From Acidobacteriota bacterium (GTDB lineage Bacteria; Acidobacteriota; Terriglobia; Bryobacterales; JACQDG01), in contig JACQDG010000022.1 in the NCBI GenBank assembly GCA_016201185.1, positions 1-39,137 on the forward strand: a DNA stretch of 39,137 bases, read 5' to 3'. The position numbers were made by a program, and so were the translations under genes. Below are positions 26,936-35,376 of this stretch, one piece after another. Below the pieces are notes generated by a model. The model did not search any database and was not told the DNA's origin. It saw only the letters and a list, made by a program, of their open reading frames with translations. Positions within the stretch are counted from its first letter, which is position 1. Every line of letters starts with the position of its first letter.

Positions 26936-29010
26936 AACGGACCGCTGTCAGCTTCCTTTGCTGGTCGGGCCTGGTGTTGTTCACCCTTTACCTGCTGCGG
27001 GTGAACCAGTTCTACTATCATGCCAACACCCATGTCCCCACCTACGACGAAGCCTGGTACCTGGAGACCAGCCTCCGGCTTTACCACCGGCTCGCCGGCG
27101 GCGGCCTGGGCGAGTTCCTGGAAGCCTACCGGGGCTCCTTTGGCTCCAAGGCGCCGCTCATATCGGTTCTTCCTGCGCCTTTTTACCTGGTCTTCGGCGT
27201 GAGCCACGTCTCCGCCTTGATGGTGAACAGCCTCTGGATTGTCATCGCCAATCTATATCTGTTTCTGCTCGTGCGGCGACTGTTTTCGGCCGAGGCCGGG
27301 CTGGCGGCGGTGGCTTTCTATCAGACTATGCCGCTCGTTTACGGACTTTCCCGGGTCGTCATGGCGGAGTACGGGCTCGCAGCGCTGGTCCTGGTGTGGC
27401 TCTATTATCTGGTCGCTTCTGAAGGGCTGCGGCGCGGCCGGGCGAATTTTGCTCTGGGAGTGGTGCTGGGTCTGGGCCTGTTGATGAAGGTCCTGTTTCC
27501 CGCCTTTATCGCCGGGCCGCTGCTCGTGACCTGGCTCTGGCGCCGGCAGGAAAAAGCGCCGCTGCCGGACGAGGGTTTCTGGCTCTGGCGGCTGTGCGCC
27601 CGCCGGCCGCTCGTTGCCATCGCGGCCCCTGCCTTGGCTATTGCTGCTACCTGGTACGCCCACCACTGGAAGACGTTGCTGGAATTTGCCTGGCAAAGCG
27701 CCTTCGGCGAGGTGGCCGTGGAGTACGGCGCGGGCGGCCTGGGGCGGTGGATGCTGGCCCTCATTAACGAGGGCATTTCTTCATACTATGCCCTCGCGCT
27801 GATCCTGCTGGGCTCGGTTGCTCTGATAGGAAGCCACAGGCGCGTGGCGTGGCATCAACTTGCCAGGGACGAGCGGACCCTGCTGCTCCTGAGCTGGCTG
27901 ATTCCCCCGCTGGTCGTGTTGGCGGCGGGCCGGAACCATTTGCTCCGCTTCGTCATTCCCCTCCTGCCCGTGTTTGCCATTGTCCTGGCTGTTTCCATCT
28001 TTCAATTAGGCCGCCGGAACCTGGCGCCGGCCTTGCTGGCCTTTCTTCTCGTGATCTACCCGCAGCGGCTCTATGCGGCGATGAGCTACTTCTATCATGG
28101 CCACGAGCAGCATCCCGTGCGCTGGGGCCCGTTCATCCTTTTCAGCCGGGACCTGGGATGGGCTCATCCTCCGGTTTGGGAAAGTGGGCGGGAGCGTCGG
28201 GGCCTGCTGGAGGCTCTCCGGCGCCTGGTCTCCGACGCGGTGCGGCCGGAATATGCCGTGGTGGCCGTCGAGCACGTGTATTTGAACGCCAATCTGCTCA
28301 ATTACCTTAACGCCTATCAGGAATATCCTCTGGTTTTCACTTCGCTCGGCTATGCCGAATCGTCGGCGGAGAGGGGCATCGAGCGTATCTACAGCCTGGA
28401 CGCCCGTTTTGTCATCCTCGGCGAGGGCTTCTTGCAACTGCCAGGCTTCCTGAATCGCGTGAATCGCGAGGTGGCGGCCCGCATCGCGCAGGGCGAGATG
28501 CCCTATCGTCTGCGGGCCCGGGTTCCCCTGGCGCATCAGATGAAGGCGCTGATATATGAGCGTGAGTCCCCGTGGGCCCGCTCTCAGGCCGGTTCGGAGC
28601 CGCCCCGGCCGGCCCATCCGCTGGCCGTCGACTTTCCCGGCGGCATTCGTTTCTTGGGCTACGACTGGAAAAAGAAAGACCGTTTTCTGTGGGAGCTTTC
28701 CTATTACTGGACCGTCCTTGATCGCGTAGCCGAGGATTTTCTCATTAACGTCGAATTCCGCCGGGGAGACTCCGTAGTGGCCAGGCAGGATTACTTTATC
28801 GGCGACGGAAGGTTCCCTTTTCCCGAGTGGCAGCCTGGGGAAGTCGTGCGGCAGACCCGGACCGTCTATCTCGGTCCCCAAAGCGGCGGAGGTCCTGTTG
28901 AGGTCCAACTCTGGCTGACGGCCTGGGGCTTCGGGCCGCCGCGCGGCGAGCGGCTTCCCGCGCGGCGAGCGGCTTCATTTCAGGCTGGGGGAATGATGGC
29001 CGGCCGATGA
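26932..29010 (+). CDS. GT39/PMT_2-like paralog C (full length; 3' end frameshifted by a 19-bp duplication)
   Basis: The track ORF starts at 26476 inside B. I start at GTG 26932 (VKRTAVSFLCWSG...), which forms a GTGA overlap with the stop of B. The protein is 692 aa with TYDEAWYLETSLRLYH and KAPLISVLPAPFYLV, and a C-terminal domain (IRFLGYDWKKKD...). Confidence 0.75.
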   Translation: MKRTAVSFLCWSGLVLFTLYLLRVNQFYYHANTHVPTYDEAWYLETSLRLYHRLAGGGLGEFLEAYRGSFGSKAPLISVLPAPFYLVFGVSHVSALMVNSLWIVIANLYLFLLVRRLFSAEAGLAAVAFYQTMPLVYGLSRVVMAEYGLAALVLVWLYYLVASEGLRRGRANFALGVVLGLGLLMKVLFPAFIAGPLLVTWLWRRQEKAPLPDEGFWLWRLCARRPLVAIAAPALAIAATWYAHHWKTLLEFAWQSAFGEVAVEYGAGGLGRWMLALINEGISSYYALALILLGSVALIGSHRRVAWHQLARDERTLLLLSWLIPPLVVLAAGRNHLLRFVIPLLPVFAIVLAVSIFQLGRRNLAPALLAFLLVIYPQRLYAAMSYFYHGHEQHPVRWGPFILFSRDLGWAHPPVWESGRERRGLLEALRRLVSDAVRPEYAVVAVEHVYLNANLLNYLNAYQEYPLVFTSLGYAESSAERGIERIYSLDARFVILGEGFLQLPGFLNRVNREVAARIAQGEMPYRLRARVPLAHQMKALIYERESPWARSQAGSEPPRPAHPLAVDFPGGIRFLGYDWKKKDRFLWELSYYWTVLDRVAEDFLINVEFRRGDSVVARQDYFIGDGRFPFPEWQPGEVVRQTRTVYLGPQSGGGPVEVQLWLTAWGFGPPRGERLPARRAASFQAGGMMAGR
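28939..28976. repeat. Perfect 19-bp tandem duplication (2 copies) inside the 3' end of paralog C
   Basis: ccgcgcggcgagcggcttc occurs at 28939..28957 and again at 28958..28976. The unit length is not a multiple of 3. Confidence 0.95.
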
Positions 29011-30950
29011 GACCCAACAGACTGTCCCTGACGGACTGGTTGCTCGCCGCTGCGCTATGTTTCGGCACGTTCGTCGTGTTTGCCGCGGGGGCCGGCCGCC
29101 TGGGTTTCTACACTGACGACGCCGGGTGGCTGGCGGGCCTGTCTCCGATAGAGTGGCCCCGCCTGTGGGAGCATATGCGCAGCTATGTGCCGGGTCGATA
29201 CCTCCACGTCCTATGGCAGTACTTGATCTTTAAGGTGGTGGGGCAGCCTGTCACTCATCTTCCGGCGCTTCACATCGTCCAGTCGGCGCTTGATGGTCTG
29301 GTCGTCGTTGGCTTCTTCTTGCTGCTTCGGCTGTTGCAACTGCCTGGTCACGTGGCTCTTATAGCAGCCGGTTTGTTTGGCTTCTGGCCCATCTGTGGCG
29401 AGGTCCATTTCTGGTGCGCTGCGGCTCCTCAGAACCTGGTGTCCACGCTGTTCGTGATGGCATTTGCCATGACCTCCCTGGCCTTACTCGACGGCCGGCG
29501 CTCCTGGTGGTGGTGGGCCTTCGATGCGACGGCCTTTTTCTGCGCACTGTTCACTTACGACCAGGTATTTTTTGTCTTGTTCTTGCTTGCGGGCTTGCGC
29601 TTGGCCGTAATGGTTTCCCGGCCGGGCCGGCGCAAGTGGAGAGTTGGCGTCTTTCACTTGGTCTACTTGGGCGCTGGAGCTTTCTATGTCTGGCTGAAGC
29701 TGGCCATGCCGGCCAGCGCTGGCCCGGTGCTGCGCTCGGAAAGTCTGCGTGCGCTGATCTGGAATATCCGCAATACTGTTTCTAATAATCTCGGGAGAGT
29801 GTGGTGGAAGCAGGTCGCGCCACTTTACGCCAGCGTGACTTTCTTGGACTGGCTGCTGGCGTTGGCGGTGGCGTCGGGGCTGGCGGCACTGGCCATAACG
29901 CTTATGCAGTGCGCGCCGCGCTCTTCTGAGCAGGATGCCGCCAAGCCACGCCTGGGGGCTCTCCTTGGGCTGGCGCTCTTGTTCTTTGTGGCCTCCTATT
30001 TACCAATCTGGCTGTGGTACATTGCCCCGCGCCATCACTTCCTTCCCTCGATCGGGCTGTTTGCCGGTGGAGCGGTGTGCCTGGCTTGGTTTTTGGAGAA
30101 ACTCCGCGCGCGAATGGCGCAAGTGCTCGTGGTTCTGCTTCTGGGAGTAACGATTTTCCTGTTCGCCGCCGCCGACCGTGGGGAAAGCCGCTATTGGGGA
30201 GACGCTTTCACCAGCAAGAAGGAGTTATTCGCCGAACTGAAGCCTTTCCTCGAGGGGAAAGATGCTCTGGCGCTGGAGGATTTTCCTTCCTTTGTGGGCC
30301 CCGCGCCTCTGATCGACCACCACGATGCGACTTTTGCAGCCGCCTTGTTCTACCGCGGCTCCCCCTCGTTCATCCCTCACGCCGGCGGCTCGATTGGCAG
30401 TGTTCCCGCGCCTGGCGGCCTCTTCTTGTACACTCACAGCACTTACGGCCCCCAGAGCTTCCAGTATTTCCCAGGCTACAGGACTCTGGTCGTGCGCTTT
30501 ACCGCATGGGAGAATGGCAGGTTGAAGTTTCAGACGAACCCGGCGCGACCCTTGCCGTACGAGGTGGTTTCCATCAGCCGGACGCCCCGGTCGTGTTCCT
30601 TCGCCGTGCATCGAACCTCCGCCCGGCGAGAGGGCGATGGGATTGCGGTCTCGTTGGAATTCGAAGCAAATCTTTCCCCACACACCTGCGTAGCGGCGGT
30701 CTTCCGCTACCTCCATGGAGGGCAATCCCACCGTTGGGGCCTGCTCGACAGCGAAGGGAGGCTGAATGTCATTCCCGTGGTCCTGACCGGGCCGGGACCT
30801 GACTGGCCTGCGGGCGGCCACCTATGGGTCGAAACCTTGCGGCTTTCTTCCTTCCCGCGCACCGAGCGGATCCACCTCGATTACTTTGTAGCTAGCGACC
30901 ACCATCCTCCGGTGCGCCTGGGCACGTCCGAATCCGCGGTCGAGCCATGA
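29007..30950 (+). CDS. Polytopic membrane protein with soluble C-terminal domain, GT-C-like (unassigned family), protein E
   Basis: 647 aa, with an ATGA overlap to the stop of C. About 12 hydrophobic segments. The motif GFYTDDAGW follows the first TM, the position of the catalytic Asp loop in GT-C enzymes. The C-terminal soluble region is about 200 aa. Confidence 0.6.
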   Translation: MRPNRLSLTDWLLAAALCFGTFVVFAAGAGRLGFYTDDAGWLAGLSPIEWPRLWEHMRSYVPGRYLHVLWQYLIFKVVGQPVTHLPALHIVQSALDGLVVVGFFLLLRLLQLPGHVALIAAGLFGFWPICGEVHFWCAAAPQNLVSTLFVMAFAMTSLALLDGRRSWWWWAFDATAFFCALFTYDQVFFVLFLLAGLRLAVMVSRPGRRKWRVGVFHLVYLGAGAFYVWLKLAMPASAGPVLRSESLRALIWNIRNTVSNNLGRVWWKQVAPLYASVTFLDWLLALAVASGLAALAITLMQCAPRSSEQDAAKPRLGALLGLALLFFVASYLPIWLWYIAPRHHFLPSIGLFAGGAVCLAWFLEKLRARMAQVLVVLLLGVTIFLFAAADRGESRYWGDAFTSKKELFAELKPFLEGKDALALEDFPSFVGPAPLIDHHDATFAAALFYRGSPSFIPHAGGSIGSVPAPGGLFLYTHSTYGPQSFQYFPGYRTLVVRFTAWENGRLKFQTNPARPLPYEVVSISRTPRSCSFAVHRTSARREGDGIAVSLEFEANLSPHTCVAAVFRYLHGGQSHRWGLLDSEGRLNVIPVVLTGPGPDWPAGGHLWVETLRLSSFPRTERIHLDYFVASDHHPPVRLGTSESAVEP

Positions 30951-30990
30951 AGGACGCTTGGGATTCGATGATTGAATTGATGGTGGCGGA

Positions 30991-32721
30991 GTGAACACGG
31001 GGCAGAGTTTGCGGGAGGGCGGCGTTGCACCTTCTGTGGGGTGGATCCTTGCTGTTTACGCCTGCCTCAGCGCTGTTTACCTGCTTTACATTCCCCATGC
31101 GCTGCCGGTGCTGGACGACTGGACCTGTTACGAACAATGCGAGCGAGCGCGCGCCGGCGGGATTGGCGGCGAGTTGTCTTTGCTGCGCCGGGTAATCGAC
31201 AACAGTTGGGGAGATATTTTTCGCATGTATTGGGCCAGCAATGTGGTGGTGGTGGTCCTCTCATTCGCCGCGGGTTTTGCCGGCTGGCCGTATTTCCTGC
31301 TCGCCTGGACGGCGCATCTGCTTACCGCCGTACTGTTGCAGCGCATTGTCTGGCTGCTGGCCCGAGACCAGGAAATCGGATTCTTCGCCGGGGCGATGTA
31401 TGTGGTTTTTCCCGCCGCCAATAATGCGTTGTTCTGGCCCGGGACGAACTGCATCTACTACCTGCAGGCTCTGGGCTTTTTCTGGTGGTTTTACCTTACC
31501 TGGAAGAAGCTGGCAGTCGCCAAAGACTATCGCTATCGCTGGAAGGATCTCGCCCTGCTGCTGCTGGTAGTGTTTTCGGGTGAGCAGATTCTACCCGCCC
31601 TGGTGCTGTTGATGCCCGTGGCTTTTTGGCTGTTCGGAGAGCGGCAGAACCACCGCGCATTCTTTCGCTTCTGGCTGACACATGCGACGATGGTAGCCAT
31701 TCTGGTCATTTCTTATGCCCTGCTGATCAATCGCAACCCCATCTTTCGAAGTTTCGGAATGCGCTATGGCGCAAGCGGCCGCTGGAATCCCCGGCCGGTC
31801 GTCCTCATGCTCTTGGGGTCTCTTGGGCTGGCGCCCCAGACTGCCGGATGGCGGCCCGCCTGGGGGCTTGACGGGATGCTGATCGCAATTCTCGGCTTGG
31901 CCGCGATCGCCCTCTTCTGGGGCTGGCGACGATGCTCCCACTTCTCCCGCACTTCCGTCCGGCAGGGCACGCTCAAAATATTGCTTTGGTCCGTGGCTGG
32001 TGCGGTTTTGACTTACCTTCCCCTGGCCCGGCTGAACACTTTCGAGTGGCGATACCTGTATGTGCTGTCGGTGTTCCTGGTTCCGGCTGGCGCGGCGCTG
32101 CTGGGACTGATGAAGCGTCCTGCGCGCGTCGTCTTAGTCCTGCTAGCCGTGGCTTACGGCGTCTCGGTCACCTACTTTGAAATGCGCCAGTGCTGGGTCC
32201 CGCAGAGCCGGGCGGCGCGAGCCATGCTGGACACGGTTGCCGGGGCAGGCCCGTTCCTGGCGCGTGACGTGCTGATTTTTTCCGGAGATCCGGTTGCGAA
32301 CGGACCCGCGCCGAGCTTCATCAATGGAGCAAGTTGGTCCCTGAACAGCATGCTCCAGCACTACTCGCGCTCCGCGCAGATCCAGGGCGCGCGCGATCTG
32401 GCGATGAACGAGCGCGGCGAGCTGGCATTGTATCGCCCAGGCTCTTTCGTCCCCTGGTTCCACAAGGAGGAGCTTCACCGCCGCCTTCGGGTGTTCGTCT
32501 ACGATCCAAGCAACAACCGCTTTGCGCCCAAATCCCTGCTCGCTTTCCCTGCTGCAGAGGGGCGGTATCAGCTATTTGCCCTGAGGACCTTTCAAGCCGC
32601 GGGTCCGTTTCCGGAACGCGCTTTGACCAGAGAAGAACTGCAGGGGTTGCCATATTCGAACCAGATCTATTTCGTCCACCGGATTCCCGGCCGCCGGCAC
32701 TGGCAAGCGGCGGGATCGTGA
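30991..32721 (+). CDS. Polytopic membrane protein, GT-C-like (unassigned), protein F; paralog of 35377..37068
   Basis: 576 aa, GTG start. YLLYIPHALPVLDDWTCYE parallels YLIYLPHAEFVLDDWFILE in protein H. Many TM segments, and a soluble C-terminus of about 150 aa. Confidence 0.6.
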   Translation: MNTGQSLREGGVAPSVGWILAVYACLSAVYLLYIPHALPVLDDWTCYEQCERARAGGIGGELSLLRRVIDNSWGDIFRMYWASNVVVVVLSFAAGFAGWPYFLLAWTAHLLTAVLLQRIVWLLARDQEIGFFAGAMYVVFPAANNALFWPGTNCIYYLQALGFFWWFYLTWKKLAVAKDYRYRWKDLALLLLVVFSGEQILPALVLLMPVAFWLFGERQNHRAFFRFWLTHATMVAILVISYALLINRNPIFRSFGMRYGASGRWNPRPVVLMLLGSLGLAPQTAGWRPAWGLDGMLIAILGLAAIALFWGWRRCSHFSRTSVRQGTLKILLWSVAGAVLTYLPLARLNTFEWRYLYVLSVFLVPAGAALLGLMKRPARVVLVLLAVAYGVSVTYFEMRQCWVPQSRAARAMLDTVAGAGPFLARDVLIFSGDPVANGPAPSFINGASWSLNSMLQHYSRSAQIQGARDLAMNERGELALYRPGSFVPWFHKEELHRRLRVFVYDPSNNRFAPKSLLAFPAAEGRYQLFALRTFQAAGPFPERALTREELQGLPYSNQIYFVHRIPGRRHWQAAGS

Positions 32722-32732
32722 GGCCCTTCCTT

Positions 32733-33713
32733 ATGCCCGGCGTCTCCATTGTCGTGCCAGTACTAAACGAACGGGAAAACATCGGGCCGCTCATCGCCCG
32801 GTTGGAAGCCGCGGTGGAGGCCGATCTCGAGGAGATTCTCTTCGTGGACGACGGGTCGATCGACGGCACGGCGGAGCTTCTGGCCGAGCTCTGCCGGCGA
32901 TATCCGCGGGTGAAGGCTCTGGTGTTCACCCGCAATTTCGGCCAGCAGGCGGCGCTGAGCGCGGGCCTGGACTTCGCCCGCGGGGACGCCGTCGTGCTGA
33001 TGGACGGAGACTTGCAGCACCCGCCCGAGCTCGTGCCGCGTATGATCGAGTTGTGGCGTGGGGGCGCCGCCATCGTCTCGACCATTCGGCGCGCCCAAAG
33101 CGACGCCGGGTGGTTCAAGCGCGCCGGAACCGCGCTGTTTTACCGCGCCATCAACCTCATTTCGGAGACCCCGATCGAGCCCCACGCCGCCGACTTCCGG
33201 CTGCTGGCGCGGCCCGTGGTGGAGCAGTTGCGCCGCCTGGAAGAGCGGCGGCGCTTCTTGCGCGGCCTGATCCACTGGACCGGCTATCGGCAGGCCACCC
33301 TGGAGTTCGACGCCCCGGCGCGCGCCGCTGGGCGCACCAAGTATTCCGCTTCGCGCATGGCCGCCCTGGCCCTGGACGCCATCCTTTCCTTCTCCCGCTT
33401 TCCGCTCCGGGTCGGGTTTTACGCCGGCCTGTTGCTATGGCTCGTCTCCTGCGTTTACGCGGCCTACGCCCTTTACGTGAAGTTCGTCAAGGATACGGTG
33501 GTGCCCGGCTGGACCTCGATCATCATCGTGGGCACGCTGATCGGCGGGTTCCAGAGCATCCTGCTCGGCTTGATCGGCGAGTACGTGGGTAGACTATACG
33601 AGGAGACGAAACGGCGGCCGCTGTACCTGGTGGCGCGAGCTTACGGCCTGGAATCTGCGCCGGAGGGGCCTGGCGGGCCCGGCGACAGCGCCCTATCGCC
33701 AGGCGGTACATAG
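32733..33713 (+). CDS. Polyprenyl-phosphate sugar synthase, GT2, GtrB/ArnC/DPM1-like
   Basis: The track ORF starts at 32334 inside the previous gene. I start at ATG 32733 (MPGVSIVVPVLNERENI). An alternative GTG at 32718 would overlap the upstream stop as GTGA. Motifs: FVDDGSIDGT, TRNFGQQAALSAGL, MDGDLQHPPE. Two C-terminal TM helices (FYAGLLLWLVSCVYAAY, IIIVGTLIGGFQSILLGLIGEY) are as in GtrB/ArnC. Confidence 0.85.
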   Translation: MPGVSIVVPVLNERENIGPLIARLEAAVEADLEEILFVDDGSIDGTAELLAELCRRYPRVKALVFTRNFGQQAALSAGLDFARGDAVVLMDGDLQHPPELVPRMIELWRGGAAIVSTIRRAQSDAGWFKRAGTALFYRAINLISETPIEPHAADFRLLARPVVEQLRRLEERRRFLRGLIHWTGYRQATLEFDAPARAAGRTKYSASRMAALALDAILSFSRFPLRVGFYAGLLLWLVSCVYAAYALYVKFVKDTVVPGWTSIIIVGTLIGGFQSILLGLIGEYVGRLYEETKRRPLYLVARAYGLESAPEGPGGPGDSALSPGGT

Positions 33714-35368
33714 TAAATCCAGATCGACTTCCCCGCCCGCGCCGTTGGCATCCGTTCGCGCAACCATTTAAACTCGGACCGGTCATTGTATACGCCGATC
33801 AGCTTGTTGAGGCTGATGGCGCTCCAGCCTTCCACTGGCTTAAATGGCGGAAGCTCTATAGCTCGCACTCCCACTTTGCCTGGAATCGTCACTCCAAAAT
33901 AGTTCAAATGGATCGTTTCGATGTGGTGCTCCTGCTGAAAGCGGCCCAGGCGCGCCAGGTCCTGGCCCCAGTCCAGGTTGCTGTCCAGCAGGAACCTCTC
34001 TTCTCGTCCCCGCGCAATCTGGTTGAAGTAAGCCAGGTAGTCCGGGTGGGCGGCAACAGATTCCCCCACCTGCCAGACTGCTAGCGCCGTTGCCGCCAGG
34101 GCGAGCGTCCGCCGCCGGCCGGGCAGGCGCTCCGGATCGGCCCACAGGCCCGCAGCCAGAATGGCGAAAAGCGGATAAATCGGCAGCACGTGCCGCACCC
34201 CGATATTCAGGTTGGCCTGGGTGCTCAAACCCAGGATGACAGCCACCGCCAACAGTGGAGAAAGCGTGCCCCGCGCGCCGGCGGCGTACCGCCCGGTGGC
34301 ATATAGAGCAATTCCCATACCCGCCAGCGCCAGCATCGGAATCGTGGTCTTCACTCCCACCGCGACCGGGAAGTAATACCACCAGCCGTGGTCCGTGATG
34401 TGGCCGAGCAGATAGGCCTTCTGCCCCTGCCGGTTGTGGGACAGCACGTCGATGATGCCTCTGACAAACTGATGGGCGGGCAGGCGTCTGCGGCCCAAAG
34501 TACGCAGCATCAGCCCGGGCGCGCTTTGTTCGGCGCCCCCGCGGAATGGGCCGCGGTATTGATGGCCGGGAGGCAGGATGATTCCCACGTCGAATAAATA
34601 CCCGGCCCACACCAGGAAGAAGAACACCGCGCAAAACACCACACCGCGGCCGGCGCTCTTCCCGATAGCGGCGCCCCTGGGAGCTCCCTCTCGCCTCCAT
34701 CGTCTCAATCCGGCCTCCACAAAATACAGCAGCGCCAGCGGCGGGAGAAAATAGAGGGCGGAAAACTTGGAGAGGGCCGCCAGGCCGAAAGCGGCTGCCG
34801 ACGCCAGGCAGTAGCGCAGCCCGGGCTGCTCGCTCCAGCGCCAAAAGAAATAAGCCGCCGTCACGACGGTGGCGGCGGCCGCCAGGTCCAGCGTTGCCAG
34901 GGAAGCATGGCCGATCAGCGTGGGAGAGCAGACCAGGAGCAGGCAGGCCACTAACCCCGCCCGAACCCCGTAAAGCCGCCAGCTCCAGTGGTAAACAATG
35001 CAAAAAAGCAGGACCGCATAAGCCAGGTTTCCGGCTCGGGCCAGTGCCAGGGATTTCCAGTAGAAGTCGGTGCTGCCGAACGTCCAGGCCCCGTGGCCCC
35101 AGATTTCGTTGTGCTCATTTACGCGCAGGCCGGCCAGGAAAAACGGCAGCACGGCCACCATGAACCTGGCCAGAGGCGGATGCTGGGCCTCGACGGTGTA
35201 GGTCCTTTTCTGCAAGATTTCCAGCCCGGCGCGGATGTGAGTGTTCTCGTCCATGGAATCGTTGAACACCCGGTAGGTGAGCACGATGCGGCCGATAAAC
35301 AGGAATAGCAGCGCCGCCAGCAGAAAACGCTGCCAGGTTCGGGCGTGACTTTGTGGGGACAAGTCCAA
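33641..35368 (-). CDS. GT-C glycosyltransferase, classical PMT_2/ArnT-like (phospholipid-carrier-dependent), protein G
   Basis: 575 aa with FNDSMDENTHIRAG (the DE..H loop-1 motif), QHPPLARF and many TM segments. The start is a TTG at 35368 or a TTG at 35362; the latter has AGGA 7 nt upstream. Confidence 0.75.
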   Translation of the reverse strand: MDLSPQSHARTWQRFLLAALLFLFIGRIVLTYRVFNDSMDENTHIRAGLEILQKRTYTVEAQHPPLARFMVAVLPFFLAGLRVNEHNEIWGHGAWTFGSTDFYWKSLALARAGNLAYAVLLFCIVYHWSWRLYGVRAGLVACLLLVCSPTLIGHASLATLDLAAAATVVTAAYFFWRWSEQPGLRYCLASAAAFGLAALSKFSALYFLPPLALLYFVEAGLRRWRREGAPRGAAIGKSAGRGVVFCAVFFFLVWAGYLFDVGIILPPGHQYRGPFRGGAEQSAPGLMLRTLGRRRLPAHQFVRGIIDVLSHNRQGQKAYLLGHITDHGWWYYFPVAVGVKTTIPMLALAGMGIALYATGRYAAGARGTLSPLLAVAVILGLSTQANLNIGVRHVLPIYPLFAILAAGLWADPERLPGRRRTLALAATALAVWQVGESVAAHPDYLAYFNQIARGREERFLLDSNLDWGQDLARLGRFQQEHHIETIHLNYFGVTIPGKVGVRAIELPPFKPVEGWSAISLNKLIGVYNDRSEFKWLRERMPTARAGKSIWIYYVPPGDRALSPGPPGPSGADSRP

Positions 35369-35376
35369 ATCCTAAC

